Shown: positions 1 to 12,469, counted from the stretch's first letter. The stretch is 64,000 bases of DNA from Leucoraja ocellata (GCA_036785375.1 JAWMAR010000201.1:1-64000); one strand, 5' to 3'. Notes: a model not told the origin generated them from the letters alone. Made by a program: numbers and translations.

Positions 1-440
1 GTGATGAACCTTGAAGTAGGTAAGCACTTACCATTGTTTCCAGCGTAGTGGGCCCGTTAAACCTCCCTATTCTCCTGCCTCAATCCATCCATTCTGCAAC
101 GATTGCCTTCTCAATATTTTCAATTCCGATATCTGCACAGCCAATGTTTACCAAGCACTTTAGCTGCTGTTGTCCCTTCAGCTCTCGCTTCTCTTTACCT
201 TAATTTCGTTTCACATTTGGAATTCTGAGGTTGGGTACATGTCTCTCACACTTACCCCGACTTCCACAATTTTTTTCAGCGCAAAGATTCAACATTTTGG
301 CAGTTTTTAACAGGTAGGAATGTACGCGTTTTATAACATTAATGACATATACCGGAAGTTACGGATGTCCTCCAGGTGGATTGAGTGGCTCCGTGCTTCA
401 AGCCCTATGACCCAGTGACCTTACGTGCAACCCCCCTATT
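1..440 (-). mobile_element. Possible DNA transposon end with degenerate THAP-like coding remnant
   Basis: Minus-strand RIPNVKR...KCLVNIGCADI resembles a decayed THAP; terminal-like cgtgcaacccccctatt. Confidence 0.25.
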
Positions 441-479
441 AGTGTGTGTTGGTTGAATAGGTAAAAATGTGAGGGGAGA

Positions 480-950
480 GTGCGGGGATGTCAGTGGGGG
501 AGTACGGGATAAATGGAGGTAATCAGTACAGGATGGATGGGGGGGGGGGGGGGGGGGTCCGTGCAGGATGAATGGGGGGCTCAGTACAGGATGAATGGGG
601 GTGGGTCAGTACAGTGTGGATCGGGGGATCTGTGCAGGATGAATGGAGAAGACAGTGCAGGATGGATGGGAAGGGGGTCAATACAGGATGAATTGGGGGA
701 CCAGTGTAGGATGGATGGGGGGGGGGGGGGGGGTGGAGCAGGAGAATCAATGCGAGGTGGATAGGGAGATCAGTGCAGGATGAATAGATGGGGGGGGGGG
801 GGCGGTAGTTGGGGAGGGAAGCACGGGGTGGCAGTGAGGACTGAATAGATGTGGAATTGGGATCAGTGTGGGGTGGATAGGATGAGTCCCAGGATAAGGG
901 GGGGGGGGGGTCGTACAAGAGAGAGAAGATGCATAGGAGTTGGCGAGGAG
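480..950. repeat. G-rich degenerate minisatellite (~22 bp unit, cagtRcaggatgaatggggg)
   Basis: Repeated units with poly-G runs. Confidence 0.75.
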
Positions 951-1217
951 GAAGGAAGGTCAGCGCTCCTCGGCCAACACCGGCATCATCGCCCCGCAGC
1001 CCGTCCCTGCCCACCGCCTAAAGGGGAGGCAGCTGGGACTTCTTTTTTTTTTAACTCTGGAAAAAAAGGGGGGTGCGGTCGCTCTCCTTTTCGCACCCCC
1101 GCTCTCCGTCACTCTCAGCACCGACCAATTCAAATGCGCCCAGGCCAGGATGCGTGCGAACTCGTTGAATGATGCCGTGGGTCACTAGTCTGGCGGCTGC
1201 GAGAAGAGACGTGGCGG

Positions 1218-1395
1218 AAGGAACTGTAGATTTACTGGTTTATACCGAAGATAGAATCAAAATGCTGGAGTAATTCAGCGGGACAGGTAGCGTCTCTGGA
1301 TAGAAGGAATGGGTGACGTTTCAGAAGGGTCTCCACTCGAAACATCACCCATTCCTTCTATCCCGCTGAGTTACTCCAGTATTTTATGTCCATCT
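1218..1395. mobile_element. Penelope-derived palindromic (inverted pLTR) short element
   Basis: aaaatgctggagtaa...gggtgacgtttc / gaaacatcacccattccttc...gagttactccag inverted arms matching the Penelope 3' end at 29725-29820. Confidence 0.65.
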
Positions 1396-2509
1396 GCGGG
1401 AAAAAATACATTTGGTAACTGACCCTTGACGCTAACGCGAGGCATGGACCAAATATGCTGAAACATCTCCTTCTGCAGATGCTGCTCAACCCGCTGTTTT
1501 CCAGCAGGTTGTTCTTTGCATGACATCGTCAATGTTCTCTCTTGTCTCTGTGTAGACGAATCCCCCATCTAATTCCCACCCACAGCAGGATATTAGAGAC
1601 CATGTGGCCATGGCCCGAACAAAAAGCTTAGGACAGAGTATGATGGGGGGGAGGGGATGCTTGATGTGAAGGAGATGGCGTGAGGCTGGCAGGAGTAGAG
1701 AACTCTGGATAACAAGAGATATACACATAAAATTTTGGAGTAAGGCCTGACCCACTGAGTTACTCCAGTGTTTTGGTATAAGCCAGCATCTGCAGTTCCT
1801 TTTTATTATAAAGATCGAGAAACTGGTCCAAATGTGCACTGTGAAAAAGAGGAACAAATGAGAGAATACCGAAGACCAAACTGGACATTTAAGTTTGGAG
1901 GAAGAAGAGATGGATGAGGTCCTCAATTAATATTTATCCTCTCGTTCTTACAAATAGAGAAAGACATGAAGCCGAATTAACTTCGAAAATGCGGATGTCT
2001 TGGTAATTACAGAAGGTGCTTGACATGTAAAATGTATTTTAAATTTTTTATTTCTGTATATTTTTGTTAGAATTAAGTACAATACTGTGGTACCTCAGTA
2101 CCTAATACTTGTTGACATATTACATTTCATATACATGTTCACATGTTAAAATGTATGATGGTAAATAAATCTTCAGGGCCTGATCAGGTAGATCCAAGAA
2201 CACTAGTAAGCTAGAGAAGAAATTGCAGGAGCCCTGGGTGAGATGTATGCATCATTGTTAGGCACGGGTGAGGTGCCGGAAAACTGGAGGGTTCTCTGTA
2301 ATTTCTTGCCATCCTGGATGAAGATGTTTCCAAACTGTGCTGTGATGCCTCCTGATAAAATGCTCCCTACGGCGCATCAGTGGAGATTGGTGAGCTTTGT
2401 TGGGAACATGCCGAACTTCCGAAGCCTTCAAAGGAAGTAGAGGTGTTGGTGTGTTTTCTTGGCCATTGTTTTTATATCGCTAGTCCTGTCACCCCTTTGT
2501 GGCTTCTAT

Positions 2510-2754
2510 TGTGAACTCGCCTCCTCCCACACTGACTTCCTGTCCATCTCTCTCGACTGTTTCAGTTGCACAGAAGCAGCGGGATAGGAAGGGCGCTGAG
2601 ACTGAGGGAAGTCGCCCTCTGTCCTCTCTCACATTGCTCCACTGCACCAATCCCATCCTTGAGTGAGTTCAGGAGTTTGACATCTTTCCTGAAGAGAAAA
2701 GGTGTCCATCGGGACAGATCAGGTGTCCACTTCACACTGGTTGCTGAGAAAAAG
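2510..2754 (+). promoter_or_regulatory. Putative proximal promoter/5' UTR of SLAM-like gene A, with ETS-type motif
   Basis: Non-coding block alignable by eye with ~15030-15225 upstream of gene B (cctcctcccaca..cttcctgtccatctctc...ctctgtcctctctc...caggtgt..cacactggtt); contains ACTTCCTG (ETS core); no TATA box seen. Confidence 0.5.
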
Positions 2755-2809
2755 ATGGATGTTTGGTGCCTGCTCATCTGCTTCTGGCTGTCTCTCCCCA
2801 GCACAATCC
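2755..2809 (+). CDS. SLAM/CD2-like gene A exon 1, signal peptide MDVWCLLICFWLSLPSTI
   Basis: ATG at 2755, hydrophobic 18-codon leader, phase-1 donor C|GTGAGT; paralogous to the gene B leader. Confidence 0.85.
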
Positions 2810-3089
2810 GTGAGTTTCATTCTGAGCGAGTCATTTTATTTCATTTCCCCCTCTCTGAGCGGATTTCTTTCATTTTTCCAGAACAGGAACTAAACTCTTC
2901 AAGCGTGATGGGGAAGGAGGACTTAAAAGAGGAGCACATATTGCAATATTAGTTCAGGGGTCCACTGAGGGAGCATACCATAGAATGCTCTTTGAATGAA
3001 TCCAAGTGGGCTTTTCTTCTTAATAGACCTTTCGGGGATCTTCTACATAGTTTTAAAATTGGCATCCCTATAGTCAGCAGGAGATAGAG

Positions 3090-3322
3090 AAGCACGGATG
3101 CAGACAAATTATAGAATTATGTTGGAGTAACTAAGCAGGCGAGGCAGCATCTCTGGGGAGAAGGAATGGGCGATGTTTTGGGTTGAGACCCTTTTTCTTC
3201 TGAAACCTGAGGCCCAGTCGCCCATTCCTTCTCTCCAGAGATGCTGCCTCACCCACTGAGTTACTCCAGCATTTTGTGTCCCCCTTCCTTTTAAACCAGC
3301 ATCTGCAGTTCTTTCTTACACA
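3090..3322. mobile_element. Penelope-derived palindromic short element
   Basis: Inverted arms ggagtaact..ggcagcatctctggggagaaggaatgggcga / tcgcccattccttctctccagagatgctgcc..agttactcc. Confidence 0.7.
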
Positions 3323-3789
3323 GAATGGACCCTTTGGCCCAACTTGTCCATGCTGGTCATGCTTTAGTTCATTAAAACTGATCTAGTCCCATTTGGCTGG
3401 ATTGGCCCATGTCCCTGTAAACCGTTCCTAACTATGTACTTGTCTAAATGTTTTTTTTAATAGTCTCCATTATACCTTCCTCTGCAGCTTCTTCTGGCAG
3501 CTTGTACCACACATACACCACTCTCTACAAGAAAACATTGCTCGACAGGTGTTCTAAATCTTTCTCTTCTCATCTTAAACCCATGCCTCCTGTTCTCGAC
3601 TCCTCTATCCTCTAAGGAAAAAACTGTGACCATTCACCTAATTTATGCCTCTAATGATTTTGTATACTTCTGTAAGGCCATCCTGCAAATCTCTTACATT
3701 CCAGGGTAAAAAGTCCCAGCTCACCAGCCTCTCATAACTCAAACCATCATGTCCTGATAACATTCTAATTAATCTTTTTTTCACCTTAG

Positions 3790-4076
3790 ATTAAAGGGGA
3801 GGCCATTTAAGACTGAGGTGAGAAAAAAACTTTTTCACCCAGAGAGTTGTGAATTTGTGGAATTCCCTGCCACAGAGGGCAATGGAAGCCAAATCACTGG
3901 ATGGTTTTAAGTGAGTTAGATAGAGCTCTAGGGGCTGGTGGAATCAAGGCATATGGGGAGAAGGCAGGCACGGGTTATTGATTGGGGACGATCAGCCATG
4001 ATCACAATGAATGGCGGTGCTGGCTTGAAGGGCCGAATTGCCTCCTCCTTCTCCTATTTTCTATGTTTCTATGTTT
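3790..4076 (+). mobile_element. CR1-type LINE 3' end nested in an older minus-strand CR1 fragment (~3323-4520)
   Basis: FFTQRVVNLWNSLP-like coding, conserved 3' UTR, (CTATGTTT)n tail. Confidence 0.8.
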
Positions 4077-5309
4077 CACCCTTCACAGCTCAATGGCATC
4101 CTTCCTACCACAGGGCAACCAGAACTGAACATAGTACTCCAAATGTGGTATTGACAGCTGTAATATGATGCCCCGATACCTGTCTGTCTACCTGTGTTGT
4201 CATTTTCAAGGGAACTGCGAACATGTATTCCAAGTTCTGTCTGCTCTTCAACAAACTCCAGGGCTCCACACTTCCTGTGTAATTCCTGCCACAAGTTGGA
4301 CTTAACAAAACGCATCACCTACAATTGTCCAAGTTAAATTCCATCTGCCATTCCCTGGTGCAATTCCATAGTTAATCAAGATCCTTTTGTAAATTTAGAT
4401 ATCATTTCTCATAGCCAGTATACATTCAATTTTGCTATTATTTGCAAATTTATAAACCACATTAACTACATCCAATTCATTAATATGGGCTACAGAAAAT
4501 AGTGATGTTGCAGGTAGATAGGCTGGTAAAGAATGCTTCTGGTACACTGGCCTTCATGTGTACCGAGATGCAGTAAAAAGCTTTTGTTTGCATGCTATCC
4601 GGTTAAATTAAATAATACTTTACTTGTATATAATCAAACAATACCCAAGGACAGCAAAGAGGAAAATGTTAGTGGGCTGAATATAGTTTTTAGCTTTATA
4701 GCATTACAGTTTCAGAGAAAATGTCCAATGTCCACAATAAGATAAACTGAAGGCATGGGACTACACCCTAGTTTATGAGAGAATTATTCCAATGTTAGAT
4801 CACAGAGGGGAAGAAGCTGTACAGGGTACTACCTGAGTCCGGTAGTACCCTGTACATGCTTTCAACCTTTATAAATCAACTGCCAGATGGATGTGGGGAG
4901 AAGAGGTAATCACAGAAAATTACACATAAACATTGGGGGTTATGTTACAGCTGTACACAATCTTTATGAGGCTCCACTTGGAATATTGTGTTCAGATTTG
5001 ATCACCCTGCTATAGCAAAGATGTAGGGTGTAGGTTTAACGTGATAGAGGAAAGATTTAATAGGAACCTGAGGGGCAATTATTTTCACACAAGGTGGTGG
5101 ATAAATAAAACGAGCTGCCCGATGAAGTAGTTGAGGGAAGTACAATAACAATATTGAAAATACATTTGGATATGTATGTGGATAGGAAATGTTTAGTGAG
5201 GTAATGGCAAGTCACGGGCAAATGGGACTAGATTGGATGACACATCATGGTCAGCATTGACGAGTTTGACCGAAAGGGCCTGTTTTCATGCTGTATGATT
5301 ATGACACGA

Positions 5310-6180
5310 GTGGACCCAGCCTTAATTCCTGTGGGTACACAGCTGGTCACAAACCTCCAATCTGAAAAACAGCTCTTTGCTACCACCAGCTAAATCCTTT
5401 TTGCATAACAACTAGAAATTCATTTGGTTAGCTGACCTTGGCTTCCATGTGATCTAAACTTCCGGACTTACCTACTATACAAGGCCATGTGAAAGGCCTT
5501 GTTAAAGTCCATTCAGACAACGGTCACTGCCCTGTCCTCATTTTGGTGACCTCTTAAAACAATATTTGAGAGATGTGATTTCCCCCACACACAGCCAGGG
5601 TGACCCTCTTCAATCCTTCTCTATTCAAATGCAAGTAGATCACTTGGAATCCTCTCTAATAACTTACCCACTACTGATGTCAGGCTCACTGGCCTGTAGC
5701 TCCCTGTCCTTGCAGCCTTTCTACAACATTAGCCATCCTCCAGTCTTCTGGTAACTGGCTGAACAGGATCAGGGGTCTTGCAATTTCTACCCTAACTTCT
5801 TACAATGTCAAAGAATACACTTAGTCAGGCCATGGGGACTTATCTAACTTAATACCTTTAAGAAGCTAGTACCTCCTCTTTTGTAATTTAGATGTTGTCC
5901 AACATATCACGACTCACTTCCCTTAAGTCCATTGCATCCGTCCTTCTCCATGGAAACAAAACTGAGAAGTATTCATTAGTGACTCGACACATAGACGACC
6001 ATGTTGACCTCTATGGAGGTATATTCTCTCACTTGTTGCCTTTGTACTCTTAATATAGCTCCAGAATCTCTTAGCCATTTCCATTATTGTCTGCCAGAGC
6101 TTCCTCATGTCCTCTTTTTGCCCCCTGATTTCCCGCTTCAGTGTACTCTAATACATCTGAGGGATTTGCTTGATCCCAGT
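5310..6180 (-). mobile_element. Degenerate CR1 RT fragment
   Basis: Minus-strand remnants such as KRFWSYIKS and gactttaacaaggcctttcacatgg (DFNKAF). Confidence 0.55.
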
Positions 6181-6986
6181 TGCCATAGGCCTCCTTGTCA
6201 GATGGGATTTCATCTTCTCCAGCATTGTTGGGATCTTATTGGTGTGAAAGGCAAAGAGGTGGGTAGCTTTTAAAGTGAGCCCAGGGGAGCTTTAACAGTC
6301 ACCAAAAGTCTTACGGACTTTTTTGATGGTTATGGTAAGGAATACAGATTGGGGGAAGTGATTTCAATATCATGAGATTGGATCTGGCAAAACTACACTG
6401 GGAGCAACTTGTGTGGTGTCACAAGTGGGAATCATTCAAAAGTGAAATAATGAGAGTTCAGGTCTAACTTGTTCCCATTGGGTGAAAGGCAATGAACTCT
6501 GGGTGTCAAAAAATATCAAAGGCTGGATAAAGAAAGTCAAGTGACAGCTACAGATAATTGAAAGCAGGTGAGGGCTTCAGAGGTATAGCAAATATAGAGG
6601 ATATTTAAAATAGAAATCAGTGAAGTGGCAGAGGGGTGAGTAAGAAAGGTCATGAGATATTATTAGTGGACAAGCTTCATACCACCCATATCTTTCCATT
6701 TACCACGTTTTCTCGTAATGTTCAACTCCCCCAATGCAACGACTATTTTCCGAACTGAGTCCCATCCATGGGTATCTGGCTGTAGGCTGTAACTTCCTTC
6801 CTCAGGCCAGAGTGGAGAGAGTCTTCACTCTATTCCTCCCTTTGGCTCATTGTGTGACATAAGAACCGTGGGCCGGTCTCTCACAGAGCCGGGAGCCAGG
6901 CGCCGGGCCGCATGGCCTGCTCCTGTGCTCATTGACTCTCCTAGCTCCTCCTCCTCTTCTGCTGACTGCCTCTCTTGTTTCCTTAG

Positions 6987-7307
6987 CTGGGCCGGAGGCT
7001 CTCCCTCCCACTGTGAACGGAGCACTGGGGCACTCGATCTCCTTATCTCCTGAGATTGCAGGTGGACTGGACATTGGCAAGATTGAGTGGAGGAAAACAT
7101 CGCTCAGAAGCAAAATAATAGAATTCTCAAAGGGGAATATTTCATACTTCGGAATTGAGGAGTACGGGCGACGGATCACTTTTCATCCCAAGAGTTTAAG
7201 TCTGGAAATCCGTGATCTACGGAGAGAGGATGCTGGTGATTATGAGGTGACAGTTATTACACGTTCAGGAACTGAAATTCTGTCAAGAATCCGACTGGAG
7301 GTGTACG
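6987..7307 (+). CDS. SLAM/CD2-like gene A exon 2, IgV domain without the canonical disulfide (GPEALPPTVNGALGHSISL...IEW...SLEIRDLRREDAGDYEV...RLEVY)
   Basis: Acceptor tctcttgtttccttag; 321-nt phase 1-1 open exon; donor G|GTGAGT; V-set motifs (C-strand W, L-x-I-x-x-L-x-x-x-D-x-G-x-Y) with no Cys, typical of CD2/SLAM N-domains. Confidence 0.88.
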
Positions 7308-8709
7308 GTGAGTGAGACTGTTGTGGAGGGGTCCGAGTTTCACTGGCTCCTGAAACAGTGTTAATTAATGGGTGGGGCAGATCCCGTACCTTCCCGTGGT
7401 AGAGTGTTGGAGTAACTCAGCAGGTCAGGCAGCATCTCCGGAGAAAAAAGGTTGAGTAACATTTCGGGTCGGGACCCTTCCTCAGACTGAGATGTGGATG
7501 TGGGGGAATAAGATCAGGCCTCTTCTAAGGACAGAGGGTTCTGCATTGGCGATGGGGAGAGGGGAGCTCTTGGTAAAACGCAACAATGAGAGATTGGATA
7601 GGCTAGATTATCCTTGGAATAGTGGAGGAGAAGTGCAAAGCTTTCAAAATTATCAGACATATCTGGTAGGTAGTGGGAAACGTTGCCTGTGGAGAAGATA
7701 GGGGTAAGAGATTTAGATGGGATCGTCAAGGCTTCGATAGACGATAACTAAGTCCAGGTCGTTGGGATTAGTATAGATAGCTACCCATGACAAGAATGGA
7801 CATAGTGGGTGGAGTGGCCTGTTTCTGTGCTGTGTGATCCAATGAACGGAAATGTGCCTGTTGCTTCCAATGTAGTCTAACCCAGTATGGTCTAACCCAG
7901 GATTCCAGACTCTTGGTAGATCAGTGACATGCTGGAGGAGATAAAACCTATTGTTTGAGCACCGTGCACCCCTTTTCCCTAATCTATCTGAGGCCCAATG
8001 AAAAAATCTGGCCAGTGAACTGGTAGGGCTTGTAGATGAAAGTCATTGCCTGGCTAGCATGCAGATCCAGGCTACTCTAATTATCTACCTACCCAGACAT
8101 ACACCAGTTGGTGACCTTCATGTTGTGGTGCCGATTGGTCATTTTAACCCTGACTTTTGCCTTTGCTGCCAAGAACGAGAGGAAGTTGGTGGATTTCTTC
8201 AGGGTCAACAGGAAAGACTGTTTCTCTGCTGCGGCTCTGAGTCTCCTCTTTAGAAGTTAGTCAGTGGTGTGTGACTGTACCCACGTGGTGACTCTAGCTC
8301 TTTGCACCTGCAGAAGTACCTTCACTTTGCGCATCCTCCCAGATGGTGGGTGCTGTTAACACATATGATCGGCCAGGAACACTGTCTTCAGGAGGACTGT
8401 AGATCCCAGTGGTGAGCAGCAGCCAAGTCACTCTGTGGACTTGCTTGGTTCTTCTTACCTATTAAGAGTTTGGAAAATTGTTGCCTTCAGCCAGAGCATT
8501 CTTGCACCAGCAGGAGAAGGCACTTCAGCTGTGAGAGTTGCCAGATGAAGAGACAGACAGGACAGTGGCAGAGTAAGCACTTGGAACTCTTAGCTAAAGC
8601 CTCTAGACATTCTGTCACAAAGAACATCCAGGGACCTAACAGATGTGGAGCAATGCTGACTGCGCTGATCCCTGCTTGGCCAGATTAGTCTGTGGAATTC
8701 TCTGTCTCT

Positions 8710-8922
8710 ATGTGGTGGAGGCAGGTTCTCTGGATGCTTTCAAGAGAGAGCTAGATAGGGCTCTTAAAAATAGCGAAGTCAGGGGATATGGGTAGAAGGC
8801 AGGAACGGGGTACTGATTGGCGATGATCAGCCATGATCACATTGAATGGCGGTGCTGGCTCGAAGGGCTGAATGGCCTATTCCTGCACCTATTGTCTATT
8901 GTCTATCGTCTAATGTCTATTA
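8710..8922 (+). mobile_element. CR1 3' end with (CTATTGT)n tail
   Basis: Same 3' UTR as the other CR1 copies. Confidence 0.75.
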
Positions 8923-9154
8923 GCACATTGTATCCAACTCCTGGATCCTTTCTCAGGAGTCAGACCCACACAATATGAATTGTTTCTGAGAAGTACTGTT
9001 CCCTGTACAGGTTGCTCCTGCATGCTCTATTTCCTTGCCCTCATCTGCCATTTGGATATGTTATGGTGGTCTGTTCTGCCATCCAATAGAGAGAATGGGT
9101 TCCCAAGTGGAGGATTGGCGACCTGGGCTGGAGAATTGCACAGAGCTTTTTTCT

Positions 9155-9442
9155 GATGCGGGCGCTGAACGCCTCGATACAGAGGGCCCGGGAGTCAAGA
9201 TCATCCCGTCAATGGAGGGCTCGAGGCCCACGACTGAGGAAGGACAAAAGGGAGGGACTTGAACTTTATTTTGACTTCCATCACAGTGAGGAATGTGTAG
9301 GAGTCACTGTGGTGGATGTTCATGTTAAAATGTGTTCTTGAGTCTGTTGCTTTTAATTGTATGACTGAACTGGCCAGTGAAATTCCTCATACGATTCAAA
9401 ACATACTTGGCGAATAATATCTGATTCTGATTCTGATTCTGA
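9155..9442 (+). mobile_element. Non-autonomous retroposon 3' end with (ATTCTG)n tail
   Basis: aataatatctgattctgattctgattctga tail after a T-rich 3' UTR. Confidence 0.5.
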
Positions 9443-9444
9443 TA

Positions 9445-9545
9445 TGGATTTCCTCTTGTGGTTCTGGTTTATCCTAACATCCCAAAGATGTGCTGGTTGG
9501 TAGATTAGTTTGTCACTGTAAATTGTCCCTGGTATATGGGTGGCT
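9445..9545 (+). mobile_element. V-SINE/HE1-like fragment
   Basis: ggtttatcctaacatcccaaagatgtgctggttgg...tgtaaattgtccct resembles the V-SINE central domain. Confidence 0.45.
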
Positions 9546-10169
9546 GGGACTGGATAGCACGCAACAAAAAGCTTTTCACTGTACCTCAGCACACATGAGA
9601 ATAATAAACTAAACTAAACTAATGGCTACTAACAATTAATAGACATTGGAACAGGTGCATGGATAGGAACAGTTTAGAGGGATTGGGCCAAGTGGGACTG
9701 GTTTAGATTGGGCATCTTGGACGAATGCTATAACTTTGATCCCACCCGTAACCCACTAGTCAACACCTGTCTCCTGGTCAAAGACTATTCATTCCACCTG
9801 TTTTCTGCCTATTGTGCAGTTTTTAACCTATGCCAGTATATTACCCAATCCATGGATTTGAATTTTACATACTAACATTTTTATGGGTCTCAAGATCTAA
9901 ACACACCACATTTAATGGTTCTCTCTTACCTATTTGACCCGCAAAACTCCAATAGATTTCTTACAAATTATTTCCTTTGCTTAAACATGTGATGAGTTGT
10001 CCAATCCCATTGATGATTTCCAAGTGTCCAGTCATTGCACCTTTTATCATCGATTTTAGCATTTGCCCCACTATTGTTGTAAGTCTCACTGGTCTGCAAT
10101 CCCATAATAACTTCCCAGCACTATTTCTCTGCTCATACTGATTTCACTAAGTTCTCATTCGCCACTTGG

Positions 10170-10288
10170 TTACTTCCGTGGGAGTACGTGCAAAGCGCCG
10201 CCCAGAACAATTGGATGGTCTCAAGATGCTTGCCCCACCCCCCACCAATGGACAGGCTGATGATAGTTCCTCAGGGGTTTCAGGACAC
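10170..10288 (-). pseudogene. Possible degenerate transmembrane exon following the inverted C2 pseudo-exon
   Basis: Acceptor gcatctccag ~100 nt after the C2 end; hydrophobic fragments GTIISLSIGGG and IVLGGALHVL in different frames. Confidence 0.25.
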
Positions 10289-10390
10289 CTGGAGATGCAA
10301 GCCTGATGAAAAGTCACACAGAAAACTATTTCTCTCACCACAGAAGCTGCCCTATCTGCTGAGTTGCATTTTCTGTATTATTTCATCCAC

Positions 10391-10686
10391 CTGGGAATCA
10401 ACCCGAGCCACAGACTGGCTGGAGCTGGAGGTGGAAATTACCAACATCGGCCAAGTGTTGGTTCCTGGCCTCGCACCTGTACGCAATGTCCCCGACCTCT
10501 GCTGTGTGATGACCCTCTGCCATCACTCCATGTCCACGGGGGTGATGGGTGCTGTCATTTTCCAGAGCTTCTCCTCTCCTCACCACCTGATGCTGGTGGG
10601 GTTGCCGGAGGTCATGCAGCAGGTCAGGGTGAAGTTGCAAATTTCGGCGATGTTCTGAGGCCTGGTCTGTGTTCCTGCCATGGGCT
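10391..10686 (-). pseudogene. Inverted, disrupted SLAM-type IgC2 exon (EPMAGTQ...EICNFTLTC...RW* / frameshift /...HHTAEVGDIAYRCEARN...C)
   Basis: Clear paralog of the C2 exons at 24672 and 44839, with the same acceptor ctgccccaacctcag; in-frame TGA and frameshift after RW; upstream intron homology continues on the - strand to ~11700. Confidence 0.85.
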
Positions 10687-11129
10687 CTGAGGTTGGGGCA
10701 GAGAGAAAAAAGATGAGTAAAGGAGATCTTTATGGACCCCTTGATACCTACAACCCGTCTCCAACAGCGATGAGTGAATGTTAGGCCGATCCCAGCTCAT
10801 TTCCACCCACCAGTTTAACTCATCCATCCACCTTCAGTTCAGCCAGTTGAAAGAAATCCACACGTGTGCTGCGTGCGCCCCCTTCCCGACCACTGCCCCC
10901 CCCCCCACTCATCCACAAACTCTCCACTGTGTCCTGCTTGTGGACCTGTACCCTGGGAATTCTCTCCAGTTCCATGTCTTTAATCATCCTATCATTGGCC
11001 CCGTGTCCCTTATGCACCTGAGCATGACCCAGCCCAGAACTGCCCTGAACCTGCCAACAGCAGCAGCCCTAGGACTGTGATGGGCACAGACCCAGACTGG
11101 GATAGTGTTCATGAGTTCATAGTTCTTTA

Positions 11130-11660
11130 GTGATAGGAACAGAATTAGGCCCTTAGGCCCATCGTCTACTCTGCCATTCAATCATGACTGATATAACCAT
11201 TGTCCTGCATTCTTCCCATAACCCCATGACACCCGTACTAATCAAGAATCTATCAATCTGTGCCTTAAATATCTCAATTGACAGCCTCCTCAGCCTTCTG
11301 GGGAATTAATTCCACAGATTCACCACCCTCTGACTAAAGAAATTCCTCCTCATCTCCTTCCTAAAGGTACGTCCTATTCTGAGGCAATGGCCTCTGGTCC
11401 TATATTCATCCACGAGTGGATATATAATCTCTCCACATTCTCTCTATCCGGGGTTATCATGAGTCGGTAAGTTTCAATGAGGTCCCCCCTCACCCTTCTA
11501 AACTCCAGCAAGTACAGGTCCATCAAACGCTCATCATATGCTAATCCAATCATTCCTGGGATCATTCTCATAAACCTCCTCTGGACCCTCTCCAAAGCCA
11601 GCACATACTTCCTCAGATTTGGGGCCCAAAACTGCTCACAATACTCCAAATGCGGTCTGG
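11130..11660 (-). mobile_element. CR1 LINE 3' fragment inserted in the inverted pre-C2 intron
   Basis: RPHLEYCEQFWAPNLRK...RGDLIETY. Confidence 0.85.
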
Positions 11661-12290
11661 TGTTCCAGTGAATTTGGGCATCGTGCAGATCCAGGTTCAT
11701 ACAACCTCTCCCCCACAGAGATTTAATTAGCTCACAGATCAGGGATGTATTCAAGAAGTTCAGTCCAGTCTGGTGCGACGTTATATGCAGTTCCTGATAT
11801 TGACCGCAAGAGCATAGTCCCCTTTCTTTTATATTATTTTCCTCATCTGATAAGGAATATCCCTTGTGCCTATTTAATCCCCTAATGACCTGGCCTAGAC
11901 TTGGCAGATCTTCACCTCTGCTCTCTGAGTGAAGATGTTAATACTGCACCATCTTGAGCATTTTTCTTTGCCCCGAGAGTGATTTACTCTACGTTTATTG
12001 GTTCACTTTTGCTGACTTATTTTGAATTAGTAAAATTGTCCTGACTCCATTTTTGAATCTTTAATTTTAGTTTTGTTCTTTTCTGTCACAAAATCAAATT
12101 GAATTGTGATCACTTTTACAAAAATGCTAACCTCCACCCCCTAATTTCCTGATTTTTCTTTCAGAATTGTTTTGCATCAATATAATTTTTAACTGTATGT
12201 ATCCCAGTTAATAATAAGATATTTGTTATTAATACTCGCTTTTACAGACCTCTTTATAACAGATTTCAGTTATAGCTTTCTGTCCTGTAG

Positions 12291-12469
12291 TCCTGATGCC
12301 TGTGTCCCCACTCCAATCGCTCCTCCCACTGCACCCACTCCCAGGCCATGCCTGCCGCTGCAGTGGCCATGACCGACTCCGCTGCCACTACCATCACCGT
12401 CACCGCAACCACCACCAACATCATCACAGTCGCAACCACCGACGCCGGCCAGATCTAGAGAAGGACTGA
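12291..12469 (+). CDS. Candidate terminal exon for gene A, Pro/His/Arg-rich (VLMPVSPLQ...CHYHHRHRNHHQHHHSRNHRRRPDLEKD*)
   Basis: Acceptor tttctgtcctgtag; phase-1 reading compatible with the V exon, open for ~59 codons to TGA; low-complexity, so may be fortuitous. Confidence 0.25.

Noticed and set aside
513-1014. Gly-rich and Pro-rich ORFs
   Set aside because: Translations of a G-rich minisatellite
950-1189. Helitron-like 3' end (..gggtcactagt)
   Set aside because: No convincing subterminal hairpin or 5' end identified
8180-8700. Possible additional gene A exons
   Set aside because: No open phase-compatible exon with Ig or TM features found; looks like decayed repeat
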